A stretch of 63,432 nucleotides of DNA, filler included, from Hausera hauseri (lineage: Eukaryota): the NCBI GenBank assembly GCA_046269625.1. It is 11 parts of 11 records of this genome, joined end to end, with 100 filler letters (N's around TTAATTAATTAA, not from the genome) between each part and the next. Parts side by side here need not be neighbours in the genome. Positions count along the whole stretch, not along the records: positions 1 to 5,750 come from JBJURY010195414.1; positions 5,851 to 11,211 come from JBJURY010271286.1; positions 11,312 to 16,588 come from JBJURY010292947.1; 8 more parts are not named here. One strand, given 5' to 3'. The notes below the pieces were generated by a model, which did not search any database, was not told where the DNA came from, and saw only the letters and a program-made list of their open reading frames with translations. Both the position numbers and the translations under genes were made by a program. Positions 1 through 12,949 of this stretch are shown one piece after another. Numbering within the stretch: the stretch's first letter is position 1; the number at the start of each line of letters is the position of its first letter.

Positions 1-369
1 ATGTTTCTGTGTAAGTTTCGGGATATTTTTCACTTTCCTTTGAACTAAATTGTTATTCTGCCCAATTTCACGCCAGACGGTCACTTGAACTCTCCGTTGT
101 CGCAAATTTTTTTCGTAAACTGCATATAAATATTATTTCTGTCTAAATTTGTTATATTAATAATTCGTCAGATTAGTTATGATTCACATAGTTTTAACAT
201 TGTTATTTGCACATGAGATCAAGTGATAAAACGAAACATTAAAAATGTTAAAATTTGACCGTGTGATAAATATTTTGACAATATAAAAAGTAGCAATTAT
301 AGATGATTTATTAGGACAAAAATGCACTTATATCTAAGCAACTTTGCTCTATACATTTAGTTAAAGACA

Positions 370-1150
370 ACAATAAGCTCTTTATGCTTTGGTTGAAATA
401 AGTAACAACTTCCAAGATTTTGTTTTCCAGCAATGCTTTGCTTTGAAAAATGTGCCCTGTACTGTATATGTGCCTTAAAGGTTCTGCACAGAAATTTTCT
501 ATCGAACTGAAATCTGGGCTTAGAGTTGGAAAGTCTATAGCTTGAATATTTTGCTTTTCAAAGTATTTTTTCGTCTGACGGCTGCTATGAGGACTGCCTC
601 CTTTTGAAAAATGTGGTTAATTTATTTCTAATTTAAACACGAATATAGAATTTCAGTGTACGTTTGACTATTGAATGTTTTCCTTCTTGAACTAACATAT
701 GGTCCTATAATCTGACCCGATACAAGACAGCCCAAAGATGAATTCCATCACAATTTCATGTTTAACATCCTTATGCAGCCATGTTTTGTAGTATTCATAA
801 GGCCCATTGAAACAGAGTCTTTTTTCATCACTTCATATGTCTCCATTGTTAAAGTCAAAATAATATTTCTTTCCCTAATAAAATTCGAGATGTTTGCATT
901 TTTCCATGGCACCTACGTTTTTTAGGCATAAATTATTTTTAATATACGGCAAATAGTATTTTTACTACCAGACACTCAAACTCTTGCTGCTAACTGCATG
1001 AATGTTAAACTTCGTGTTTTACTGACCATTCTTACTAGTACTCTCGTATTTAATGGGGGTCTTACTGTTCTTTGTCCTTGGTTTATGTTGTTTAAGTGTT
1101 TCCATACAAGATTAGGACATTATCGAACTGTTATGATAATGCTCAACCAA
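370..1150 (-). mobile_element. Degenerate Tc1-like DDE transposase
   Basis: Minus-strand translation gives HTH-like RPPLNTRVLVRMV..VSGSKNTICRIL, SDEKRLCFNGPY (cf. FSDEKKFNLDGPD) and GSPHSSRQTKKYF..DFPTLSPDFSSIENF (cf. WPxxSPDLNPIEN); stops and frameshifts present. Confidence 0.8.
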
Positions 1151-2435
1151 CTCAAGTTATTTAAACAACCAGGTAAAAATTAGCTTGTCACTATATTTAT
1201 AACACGGGGTACAGTCAACAATCCAACATTATTCGTATATATTACACAACATACGAATTCCTAAAAGACTCCATTGGATACTTCTATGTACGTATGTCAG
1301 CCTTGGAATGCAATTTTGACCTTCATAGGTTTTCGAAAGAAGTTACGAGTATTTCTACATTGCATAATCATGTAAATTAGTTACACACATACAGAACTTT
1401 AGAGCAAACAGAGCCAAATTAACACAGGAGAAGCATTTTTGACATTTGTTCAATTTACTTTCCCCCATATGATGATCATTTACACACAAACGAAGGAACA
1501 TTGCGGACCAATTACAACCTAACATTGAACGATAAAACACCAGTTTTATTTTACAGTCATGACAGGTAAATTACGTAATTTGTGATGCAGTGGGATGCCA
1601 GTTCTTATTTCACTATCTCTCACACGCAAATCTACTCCCAATTGCGTTCACTCTAGATTCGTGTATTCCGACCGCCAAATTACACCGGTACAATGTTACT
1701 GGCTCTATTCATGTCACTGGGTGCCACCATTCTTTATTTCAAACGCAACAGTTTGGATTTCCTGAAAAATCGAACATCGTGGGGTACGATATCGTTGGTA
1801 AGTTGCGTAGCCACACAGTGAGGTACTGATGTTGCGTTACAGGCGCTTATATTCGGCATGATGAGCGGACAAATGTGGAATCACATAAGGGGACCACCGA
1901 TGATGCATGCAAATCCCCAGAACGGGCAATTGGTACCGTTCTGATATTTGCATAGCATTGATAAATTGTCATTTCTAAGGTATTTATATATCCCAGTGGT
2001 GATTTTCAGTTTGTTGCCGAGACTTTTATCGTTCTGTTTTTATGTAAGGTTTTCTTTTTCTTGGTGCGGTGGATTTAGCATTATCGGATGTAATCGACAA
2101 ACGACATGGGGATAATTGGTAACAAGGGATATGCAAAACGCAGATTTTTCATAAGATATACTTTTTGTAAGGGAATTCGTAACTCTGAATTCAAATATCA
2201 AAATTATTTTTGTCCTCGTCTATTTGTTCCTAATTTTATGGGTAATATAATTTTTGAATATTAATCGTTGAAATTAAAAATTTTGTTTAAATAATATCAA
2301 TATTTGTTCAATTTGTAAATCGGCGAATTTTTACAGTCGAAACAAATTATTAAGAATTGTTTAAAATTTTTTATAAATTCTGTTTTTAAAAAAATTTCCA
2401 CGTACACCGGATCAATTTATATTATATTAATTACA

Positions 2436-3010
2436 ATGGGTAAAATTTGTTGAAATATATCAATCGTTATTTAATTTATGAGCGATAATTTAAACGATGC
2501 AAATTTTCATAGTGAAGTATGCGAATGCAAAACATCAAATACATTTATCGAAAAATCACAGAGTAAAAATTATTAGTGAATGGATTTCATTCAATCAGAA
2601 TTGGGAATTAAGCGCATTTAGTGATGAAAAATGGTTTTCACTGGACGGACATATATAGGCAAATCTCAAACAATTATTCGTCAGAAAAGGCAATGTAGAA
2701 GCGGGGGTGTTATTGTTTGGCTAATGGCATTACCAAATGGTCTGGCTCTGTTGAATATGTTGCCCTACTTAAACAGATAGTTGTACCAATGTTGAAATTA
2801 AATTTCGGTAGTAACTGTTGGTTACATGAAGCTAATTCGTCAGATCACAAGGCAAAAAAGTAATCGAGTTTATGCAAAAAGTCGAAATTGAAAGCTGTGT
2901 TATGCAGATTAACTCGACCAATAGACAATTTGTGATGAAATTATATGATGATATAAGGTCACGTTTATATAAAGTTTTAAATAAGAAGGGTAGCCTGTAT
3001 TGCAATAAAT
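2436..3010 (+). mobile_element. Second degenerate, internally deleted Tc1-like transposase
   Basis: AFSDEKWFSLDG near 2615-2650, RQCRSGGVIVWLMALPNG, and WLHEANSSDHKAK (cf. FQQDNAxxHxA). Confidence 0.7.
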
Positions 3011-3426
3011 TTTAGGTGTGAAAAATTGTGATGTTTTCTCTTTTCTTCAATTTACTACAGTTTTGAAATAAGTACGCGTGGCGTTCAACAAATTGTTCTA
3101 CTTTCAATAATGTTAAATTATAATGCGTTTCTGCTCATTTACAAATGAGTAAACAAGTTTTGTTCAAAATCGTTGTGAGGGTAGAATTGAGAACAGAAAT
3201 TCTAAATTTCAATTAGAAAGATTTTTAAATTTAAATTAAAAATTTAATTTAAAAGTAGTATTAAATGTCTGATTTAGATTAGGAAAATTTGTTTCCAAAT
3301 AAATATTTTGGATTATAATAAAAATTTTCAACAACTGTTGTTACTTTTCAATGAGAAATTACAAACGATCAAATTCTGATTTAGCGGACATACTAGGAAG
3401 CGGGGATTTTCCAATCCTCCCCAAAC

Positions 3427-5750
3427 TGGGCGACGATGTGGACGGCGTGGATGCTCACACAGCCAACATGGCGACTTACGCCACAATGGACATCTTCGCG
3501 AACCAATTGTTGCCCAACAAATTCAGGAAAGGCAACGACGTGGAGAAGTTCATTAAAGGATGTGAAAAATTCTTTAAATATATGAAAACTCCTGAGGCGA
3601 AACGGGAAATCATGGTTGAATGCCTCTTGGAGGAAAATGCACTAGAAAGATAGGAGGAGGTAGACGCGAAGATAACTGGATACCAAAACCGGCTAGGGAA
3701 GACTTTTTCACGACCCTCAACGCTATGCGAAGATTTAAAAGAAGCGCTCGAGTACAGAATAAATGGAGCAGAACCGGAGATTTACTTCGAGACAATCGAG
3801 AAACTTCTGTATAAAGTCATGAAGCACAATCTTTCACGCGAGGCTCTGAAAGAAAACTATTGTTCCAATGTTGTAACAACAGAGAGATGAGAAGAGAAAT
3901 ATGCCTCAGTGACAAACGAGACGCGAAAACAATAAAGGAGAAAATACGGAAGATGCACGAGGCAAAGATTAAGACAGAAGAAGTCAACACGGTTAAGGAG
4001 TATCCGGGGATTGGTAGAAGAAGCTACCAGGAAGCGGCAGCACAAAATATCAGGAAACCCGTTCCTAGAATCAACATGACCTCAACTAGAAAATCAAATA
4101 GTAAATTAAAGTGTTGAACATGCCAGAAGGAAGGACATGCGAGCAGATCTTGCACCGTACGAAGACCGATAAAATGCTTTGGATACGGAAAAGAAGGACA
4201 CATAAGCAGGCAGTGTCCCGAAAGGAAACCAATAAGGTGCTACGGATGTGGTTAGCTAGGACATATCAGACGAATTTGTGTAAACCTTAGCTGTGCAAGA
4301 TGTCACCATGAGGACGTACAGAAAATGAGTGATACACCAGGCTGGAGAAGACAAAATAACCAGGATGGGATACGTACAGATTTAAAAGAAGGTACGGGGA
4401 TAACGTGAACAGAAGACGGGGGGAAGTCGCAAATGTAGAGGAAGAAGAAACAGAATTTGATCAGGAGTCAGTTGCCCAAAAAGGCAGAGCCTCGATAGAA
4501 GTGGAGCAAATTGGGGCACTGCAATAGATGCAGTCTCTCAAAATATCGTTATGTATAATATTAGTAGTAAATCAAACAATATAGACGGATCAGGAAGAAG
4601 AGGACACGAAGATATGTTGATGGATAAGTACAGGAAAAGTACGGAAATTTATGAAAATGGAAAATTTCCAGAAAGTATCCTCCAACGGAATGGAGAAGAG
4701 TGGGAACGATACACAGATGTTCACGCTAGACGAATTATATGTCGAACAAATATCATACAGGAAATTTAATGGACAACCAAGAATCAAATTAAAGATACAA
4801 GACAGATGGGAAGATTGTTTATTGGACACATGGACCAGAGTAAACGTCATAAGCAAAAAGATCGTGGATAAACTTGTAAAAACACACATAGAGAAATCAG
4901 ATACCACACTACGATGCGCGAACAATAGCCCCTTAGATTGCCTGGGCACATTTACAACATACGTAGAAATCAAGGGTTTAAGGAGACGTGTGGCATTTCT
5001 AGTAGTGTCGGAATTATGCCCAGAAATAATAGGTGGTATGGACCTGCAAAAGGCATTTGGAATAGAACTGAGATGGAAACGCATGGAAACAGCGACATTA
5101 CAGCAAGGTATATGCAACCTGGAAGCCAAGTTCGGCCGTTAGGTGACTAACCAGGAACGAGTCAACATGGCGAAGGGAGCTTTTCGGGTGAATGACAACA
5201 AAGAGCTACTCAACATTATACAGACGTACCCAGAAGTATTCATGGCCGACAAGTGGGACATAGGGTGTACATCTCTCATCAAATACCGAATAGACACGAC
5301 AGGAGCACCGATTAATATCAAACCTCACAGGCAACCAGTAAACATAAAAAAAGATTGACAAGACTATCCGAAACCTATGGGTAAACGACATTATCAAGCT
5401 ATGTAAGTCAGCATGGAATACGCCAATGGTATGCATATGGAAGAAAGACAAGAGCGATGTCAGAATATGCCTGGACTTCAGACAGATGAATCTTATAACG
5501 GCACGGCAGGCCTTCCACATGCCTAACGTGGTAGAGATATTGGACAGATTATACGGGACAAAGCTTTTCACATCAATCGACCAAAGGAATGCATACTACC
5601 AAGTCGAGTTAGAGGAAGACTCCAAATTGAAGACGGCGTTTTCAACCAAAGTAGGCAATTCTGTTTCAACAGAATGCCATTCGGCATAGCAGCAGCTCCG
5701 GGCACCTTCCAAGAACTAATGAATAAAGTACTAGGGGATATTGAACAAAC
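3427..5750 (+). mobile_element. Ty3/gypsy LTR retrotransposon remnant: gag, protease, 5' part of RT
   Basis: Gag-like ORF pieces; tandem zinc knuckles at about 4110-4310 (C*TCQKEGHASRSC, CFGYGKEGHISRQC, CYGCG*LGHIRRIC, CARCH); protease CLLDTW; RT motifs RICLDFRQMN, YYQVELEEDSKLKTAFST, RMPFGIAAAPGTFQ; many stops and frameshifts; cut by the spacer. Confidence 0.92.
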
Positions 5751-5850
5751 NNNNNNNNNNNNNNNNNNNNNNNNNNNNNNNNNNNNNNNNNNNNTTAATT
5801 AATTAANNNNNNNNNNNNNNNNNNNNNNNNNNNNNNNNNNNNNNNNNNNN
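5751..5850. other. Artificial contig spacer (six-frame stop linker)
   Basis: 44 N + TTAATTAATTAA + 44 N, identical at all ten joins. Confidence 0.98.
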
Positions 5851-6100
5851 GAGAACTTAACTAAGGGAATATTGTTATCTACATTGGTGGTTCAGATGGT
5901 CCGGCACCGTTTCAAATGAAGACCTAATACGGACGACGGAACAAGAACCAATTAAGGACAAAATCATAATAAGGACGTGGAATTGGGTAGGACACACACT
6001 ACGCAGAGAGAAAAGTAACATTGCCAGGAATGCTTTGCAATGCAGCCAAGAGACACGTGAGAGGGTCGGAAGACGAACAGCCTGTAGAATTCCTAGAGAT
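5851..6100 (+). mobile_element. RTE-clade LINE C-terminal fragment
   Basis: TVSNEDLIRTTEQEPIKDKIIIRTWNWVGHTLRREKSNIARNALQ resembles the RTE WxWIGHxLR C-terminal block. Confidence 0.75.
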
Positions 6101-6369
6101 TTAACGTAGCGGGTGCATCATGTGACAGAATAAGATGAGACAATGTATGTACCGTGACCACTTCTATTCTTAATTTACACTGACCTAATACTGTTCTATT
6201 CTCTCGTGCTTCAGCTCACAAAACATGTCCCTTCTCCCTACTCAAACACTGTTTTATTTTAGTTACCAAACAAATTTTCCTAAATGATACCAAGAAGCAA
6301 AGCAAGTATAAGGAGGTGATAGGAAAATAAAGAGCTTGGATCAGAGGGGGTGCGAAGAAGACGGAGGGG

Positions 6370-6510
6370 AAAATAGAGGGGGAAAAAGTGGTGCTTCTGG
6401 GGGCGTGATGTTGGGCCGACGCGAAAGGCGCCATCCGACCAACCAGCGCAGGGTTGACGGTCGGGACTTCAGCCCCGGCGCGGCGGGCCCCAAATTGCAG
6501 GGTGACCAAA
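6370..6510 (-). other. GC-rich structured retroelement leader with PBS-like start (copy 1)
   Basis: TGGTCACCCTGCAATTTGGGGCCCGCC...GTCGGCCC...CACCACTT aligns by eye with 47188-47325, which precedes a gypsy gag; contains stem CCGACC/GGTCGG. Confidence 0.7.
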
Positions 6511-6518
6511 TCTCCCCT

Positions 6519-6887
6519 CAAATCACGCATTATCTGAATGTTATCTTTATCCATTTTCAATGCTCTCAAATAACATTTCATAGCTTCATCGTACTTCCTA
6601 CCCGACTTTTGAACTAACCCATAAACGTGCCAACAAATTGAACTATTGATATCATTACGAATTCCACTTTTGACGAGGTCATAGGCTTCATCTCGTTTAC
6701 CCATACAACTTAAAATAATTCCTTTCATTGCTAACGTTTCGCCGTGTTCCGAAAATTTTGGATTTGATAAAATTTGCTTGGTGAATTTTAAACCGTTTTT
6801 AAATTATTTCTGTTCGTAGCACTTCAGTATGCTTTTGAACAAGGATAATTCCTTGTGAGGCAAGTTATTTCGAAGTTGGTTATTCAT
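6519..6887 (-). pseudogene. NAA15: NatA auxiliary subunit NAA15/16, intronless 5' fragment
   Basis: MNNQ..[65 protein letters not shown] is colinear with the NAA15 N-terminus; one in-frame TAA at 6804-6806; truncated after about 123 codons. Confidence 0.9.
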
Positions 6888-7019
6888 AGCACATGCAAAT
6901 TTCAATAAATAGAAACGTAGTGTTAAATAGGTGAGCGTACAATATGTCGGTAATCTGTTTATTAAATATCTCGCACAAGATTTGTTATCGTCGGGTACTG
7001 GAAATTTAGGAATATTTAC

Positions 7020-7800
7020 AGAAAATATAAATACATCATCAATCGACTTACATTCGTAAGTGACAATTTGGTTTCCGAACTCATCGAGAAGTATTTTCAA
7101 CACGGTATTGCCCCGTAAAAATCTGAGTATTGCCGATAAGAACGAAATCTTTCGGTGGGACAATGTATTATTAACCGATGAAACAAATTCCAACCTTTTC
7201 AATTTCATCGGTAACAACTTTCCAGCTTCTTTCACTGGTGCACTCTCTTCTAAAATCGTTACATTAGCCCCTAAGCTATTCAAATGCAGAGCAACAGCAA
7301 TACCAGGCAAATTAGCTCCAACGAGAATAAAATTTTTTGGCTGATTACAAAACACATCAACCGGATAATTGGTGAAACCATAATTAATATATCCTTTAAT
7401 TCCATAAATCCGAAGGACAACCGGTACAATATGTCAAAAGCGCTACTCTAATTAAGCCTGAACTAAAAATCATCGCTGTATCAGCCATTCATTGACAAAT
7501 CGTTTTGTATCAGTAGCCCAAAGCAACAATACGACATTGGGCAACCCCATAAAAATACGCGTTAAATTCTCTTGAACAGCCGGGAAACAATCGTGTTCCC
7601 AACGGTCCAAACCTGCTGGATAAATGGCACCAACGGTAATGTCCGTGGAAATGTTGGTTTGGAACGGACTAAAATTGACCATGAATACTTGACAGGGTTT
7701 AGGCAAATAAAAATCAATTACCGTTGCTTTTGGTGTTAATCCAATGATATCCAAGAGATGCGGATTAAAAATATTCAGATATGGTATGGCTTCCAATGTA
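7020..7800 (-). pseudogene. Lysine-specific demethylase KDM1B/LSD2-like fragment (SWIRM + start of FAD amine-oxidase domain)
   Basis: DIIGLTP..FMGLPNVVLLLW..GLIRV..KGYINYG followed by Rossmann-like ILVGANLPGIAVALHLNSLGANVTILEE, the LSD-family order; stop and frameshifts near 7430-7470; no introns seen. Confidence 0.7.
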
Positions 7801-8177
7801 GGTTGGTATTTTATGGAATCAAAAAATGCTCTGGGTTATTTTTGATAATTAATACTCTTTTATCTTCGATGATATCACACGGATTTTTACTGTGCGGTAA
7901 CACAACAGAACAGTGAAACGTATCCATTTCAGTCGGACTGAGCAAAAGATTGTGACTGACCTGCCGCCATCTACCACAATAGGATCAGACATATCAATAC
8001 GGTAACAAACAACTCTCGATGTAACCCAACGGAGTTGGATTTTCAAAACATTGAGTCAACCAACTCTTTCCGATTCAGAATTTTCGGACTGCTGATTTCG
8101 TTTGAAAAAAAACATTTGAAATCGATTTAGACAAACTGAATAAATATGCTCACCAATTGACAAATGATTCCGTTTGA

Positions 8178-8592
<415 letters not shown>

Positions 8593-11211
8593 TTAATAAT
8601 ATCCGATAATGGACAGATTCGGCAATGAAAATTAGAATTTAGAAACATAAATATCCGCAATATTATAGGAAATCTGAAATGTTAGGATAACTTTTTAAAT
8701 CCAAGTTTTTAAACTTGCAGTAAGTAAATTTACAAAACAAGATGGTGTATAAAATCAATTTATTTAAAAAATTTCAATTTATGTGCAAAAAATATTTACA
8801 ATATTAAAACAAACAAGCATTAACAAATTTCGTACCAAAATAAACTGGTTTCATACAAAACAATATCAAATAAGAAAATATTCAAAATAAAACTAAAATA
8901 ACACATTCAATATCATAATTCTTTCTTTGACAGATGAATGATTTCAATTACATTATTTGGCAGCACTAAATATATTACGAAATAGATGCTCTTCGACGAG
9001 AATTTGCAATAGTTGAAAGAAAATAATCGGTTTAATTGGGGATTTTGGAAATCAGATAATAGTGCATCTACTAGTTCTGTCTGATTATCTCTTCACAAAG
9101 AGAAATGTTACTTTTGGCAAAGAATCTACTATAGACTGAGGTCACCTGTCTCAAATGTACAAGATCTGAGTTCATTGCAAAAGTTGCTAAACTTTTATTA
9201 CTTTTACCAGATGACCAAAGTAATTCTTGAAACAATTCTAAGTAATCTGCAGCCTAATTGGAACACAGTAAATCTTCAAATGACCATTGGATAATTGGAT
9301 CAGCAGCGATTCCAAGTATTTGCCAGGACAATTTCTCCCACTTAGCTAAATAATCACCAGTCCGTGCCAAAACTGGTCCTTCTGAAGGTAACCAGTTACG
9401 AACTTGTGAAATCGCGGTATTGTTGAGCCAGAAGCAGGAAAATAAGCAGGAAAGGAACGGGGTCACTTGTTCCATATATTGTTGGGCTGGTTGAATAAGA
9501 AATTGGAAAACGTTTTGTCGATGGAGAAGAGTTACTGTTCAAAAGAGAAGATTGCTGGTGTTTTGAACAAGTAACAGGCTTGTACTGAGATATTACCATG
9601 TAATTATCGGTGAGATGTCGAAAATTGGCTTGCAGTAAAGATTATGTATTCAAATTCATTTTATTAGTTTTGTACAATCCCTAAAGAGATGAAACAGATT
9701 CGTATTATCTTCGGAACACATTCTGTTGAGACTGACAAACTTTGACTTTGATAACCTAATTGATTCATGACAACATCGATTACTCAGACTGATAATTACA
9801 TTATTTATTGCATTGTAACATTGTTGAGTAATATATACTGTATATTTTACAGTCTTTCTCTTTTGTTTTGTCGAGCCCAAATGATGGGTATACTTCCACG
9901 CTGCTAATACAAGTGTATTGTTATCCAGTGGACGTTTGGTCGATTGACGCTGGAATTGGTTAAATTATGAAATGAAATATAATTAATTTGTGAATTGTAA
10001 ATGAAATGCAATATAATTAATTTGTGAATTGTAAAACACAATGCTTAATTTATGAAATGCAAAATAATAAATGTGTGAAATGTAACATTTGTAAAACGCA
10101 ATATAAAATTGGAATATGAAATTGGATAAAACGCAACGATGTCGTAGTTGCTAAATTTGGAAATTCGGTTGTTTAATTTGTGAAATACAATATAAAATGA
10201 GATAAAACGCAATGATGTCGTAGTTGCAAATTTTGGAAATTCAGTACTACACATATAAATACGTCGTCGAATATAACACGACACACACAAGAAATTTAAA
10301 ATAATAACTGTTTCTGCAAAATTTATTTGCCTCTTTATTCGGACGTGTTCTTTGTAAGTATTATTATTAAAGAACCATGTTGTATTAACCAAATTAGAAT
10401 TGTGGAAAAATGAACTCCAATACTTCAACAAATCAAGATGTGTCTAATGCCAGAATCCCGACTAGTTCTATAACATTTGGGTCAGTAAATGCCGTGAATG
10501 CACGAACGACACTGAACACGGAGACTTGAGGAGATGTGAATCCATTGCATGATAATAGGAATGGAAATGGGAATGAATTGATAAATGGTAATTAGTTTTT
10601 AGTGATTTCAGCGTCGATTGATTAAATGTTTATATTTTGCCAAATTTATGTGTTAGTTTGTTATAAAAATAAAAATTTTAAATCATAAATTATCGGAGAT
10701 AAATAAAAAAATCAATGAACTTGCGAAGTAGAACAAATGTTTATCGGCAAACGCGACAGTCTCAGGCATAAAACATGTATGCCAGGAGTTGAAGATACTT
10801 GAAACGACGTTTTTCATCGGAGGCGTATAGATACTTGACCTCTCACAAAGGGAAGAAAAGGTATATACGAGTATTGATAATGATGATATGATATTGGGGA
10901 ATAGTGAGGAACTGCGATAAAATTCGCTGGATGGTTGACGGGGCATAGATTGTTCCGTGTGATACATGTAATAAGAAGGATAAATTAAGGGAAACATAAG
11001 TTGTGATTGGATATGATTATGCGGATAAAAGCTAATATAAACTTTCTAAAAAAGTTGTCGTCTGGTCCGGTTAATAATAAGCGAATGATAACTTCAAGGC
11101 ATCTTGTGATCAGTTTCCCGGGAGAGATTGGGGTCATGCTAAAATACCAAAAGTAAAGGGCATATGTTGTTAAGTGCCGATGAAAGTTATTGATGGTAAT
11201 ATATACCCATC

Positions 11212-11311
11212 NNNNNNNNNNNNNNNNNNNNNNNNNNNNNNNNNNNNNNNNNNNNTTAATTAATTAANNNNNNNNNNNNNNNNNNNNNNNNNNNNNNNNN
11301 NNNNNNNNNNN
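11212..11311. other. Artificial contig spacer
   Basis: Same 100-nt N/TTAATTAATTAA/N linker. Confidence 0.98.
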
Positions 11312-11456
11312 CATACATGCATAAACACCCTTCACACTTATTGGCGGCCCAACGCAAAGATGCATAAAAATAATTCAAATAACTTTAACTTTTATTACAG
11401 TAACATAATCTCACGCTGAGCCTCAGTCCAACCTCTAACTTAATTCATTAATTTAG

Positions 11457-11853
11457 ATACTGCAAAACATGGTCCATTGTGCTGATCTCAGTAATCCAAC
11501 AAAACCGCTTGAACTATACAAAAACTGGACTGAACGGATAATGAATGAATTTTTCCGACAAGGTGACAAAGAACGAATACGAAATCTGGAGATAAGCCCC
11601 ATGTGTGATCGGGAAACTGCAACAGTTGAAAAATCTCAGGTTCGGCTTTGAAAATGAACGAGTCTCACATAATCGCCATTTTTATTAGGTTAGCTTTATC
11701 GATTTCATTGTCCATCCGTTGTGGGAAACGTGGTCAGATCTGGTTTATCCGGAGGCTCAAGAGATTTTAGATCGATTGGAAGAAAACCGAGAGTGGTATT
11801 CAAACCAAATATCAAAGGCAGATGAACCAAAATCCATTGAAGGAAATGACTGA
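11457..11853 (+). CDS. PDE4: cAMP-specific phosphodiesterase PDE4/dunce, last two exons (11457-11639, 11689-11853)
   Basis: [42 protein letters not shown] | [15 protein letters not shown]..; 49-nt GT-AG intron; stop TGA at 11851-11853. Confidence 0.93.
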
Positions 11854-12949
11854 TCGTTTTTATTGTTTTGTACAGATATTTGACCGATTAATAGATGTCT
11901 ATTGATTGTATCAAATTGTGAACCTATATTTTTATATGTCTCTTCAGTCACCGAATTTAACATTATTACTATTATTATTTATTATTAATTATTGTTATTA
12001 TTTATAATTATTATTATATTGCGATAATCTGAATCATTAGACCAGGTTTCTCCCTGACTTTGCCGCTCATAGTGATATTTCTTTCCTTAAAAAAACTATT
12101 GGAAAAAAATTGTGACTATCTTATGCAGTAAAAAAATTATGAATTTTTTATCAACTGTGTGTCTAATTTTTTGGCTTTTACCAATATTTTTTACAAATTC
12201 TTTAACTGATTACTTTTCAAAGATAAAAACTTTTCTTGTTGTTTAAATGTGGTAAACAATAATAAATACACTTTTACAACTTTCAAATTTTGTTTAGCCA
12301 TTTTTGTGAACTTTGGAATTTGAATATTATTATTTTGTCGTTATTTGTCATTTGGAGGAACTTTGGATTTGTGAAACGATTTTATTCATACCCGGAAGTT
12401 TTTCTATTCAGTCGCGATTCTGTATTTGCCGTTGCGATCAAAGCTCATTTTGGTGAATTCACCTGCGACTCGTGATAATAAACAATAACAGGAGGATAAT
12501 CACTCAGCTCGTATTCTTCTTTTTCGTTTGTATATGGGTTTTAAAATTTAAAACTACTGAATTTATTAATCATTATTTAGCCGCTCTGGTTAACAATCAT
12601 ATACACAAACAGGTATGGTAGTGACACTCATCAGGGGCTTAGCAATAATAGGAAGGTAAGACAATTAAATACAAAAGATTTATTAATTATTACAACAATA
12701 TTCACCTTGTCACAATCTTTTAATGTTGGATTAATAACAAAATTGTATAGTCATAGTCTTTGGGATTAAAATTTAACCGTCAATATTTGGATCATATATT
12801 TGGATGTGAGTGTATTGAATTTTCAGATCTGGTTTCGTCCTCTGATGGGGTTGAATTGTATTTGATTTGTAGTTAGAATTTTCGGTAGGGTTAACGGATG
12901 TTAACGAACCCTAACACACTTTTATCGTCTGAAAAAAAGAAACAATTAA

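Noticed and set aside
5795-5806. TTAATTAATTAA palindrome repeated ten times
   Set aside because: Always centred in an identical N spacer; an assembly linker, not a biological site.
6400-6500. Hammerhead or HDV-like ribozyme in the GC-rich leader
   Set aside because: CTGAAG is present in only one copy and the GAAA core lies on the opposite strand; no complete ribozyme topology could be built by eye.
6216-6728. 170-aa ORF as a real fusion protein
   Set aside because: It is the NAA15 fragment reading through into the retroelement leader, downstream of a premature stop.
6804-6806. In-frame TAA at a conserved Gln in NAA15, suggesting stop-codon reassignment
   Set aside because: Actin ends in TAA, AlaRS and actin have no internal TAA/TAG, and neighbouring fragments also carry frameshifts; a CAA-to-TAA pseudogene mutation is simpler.
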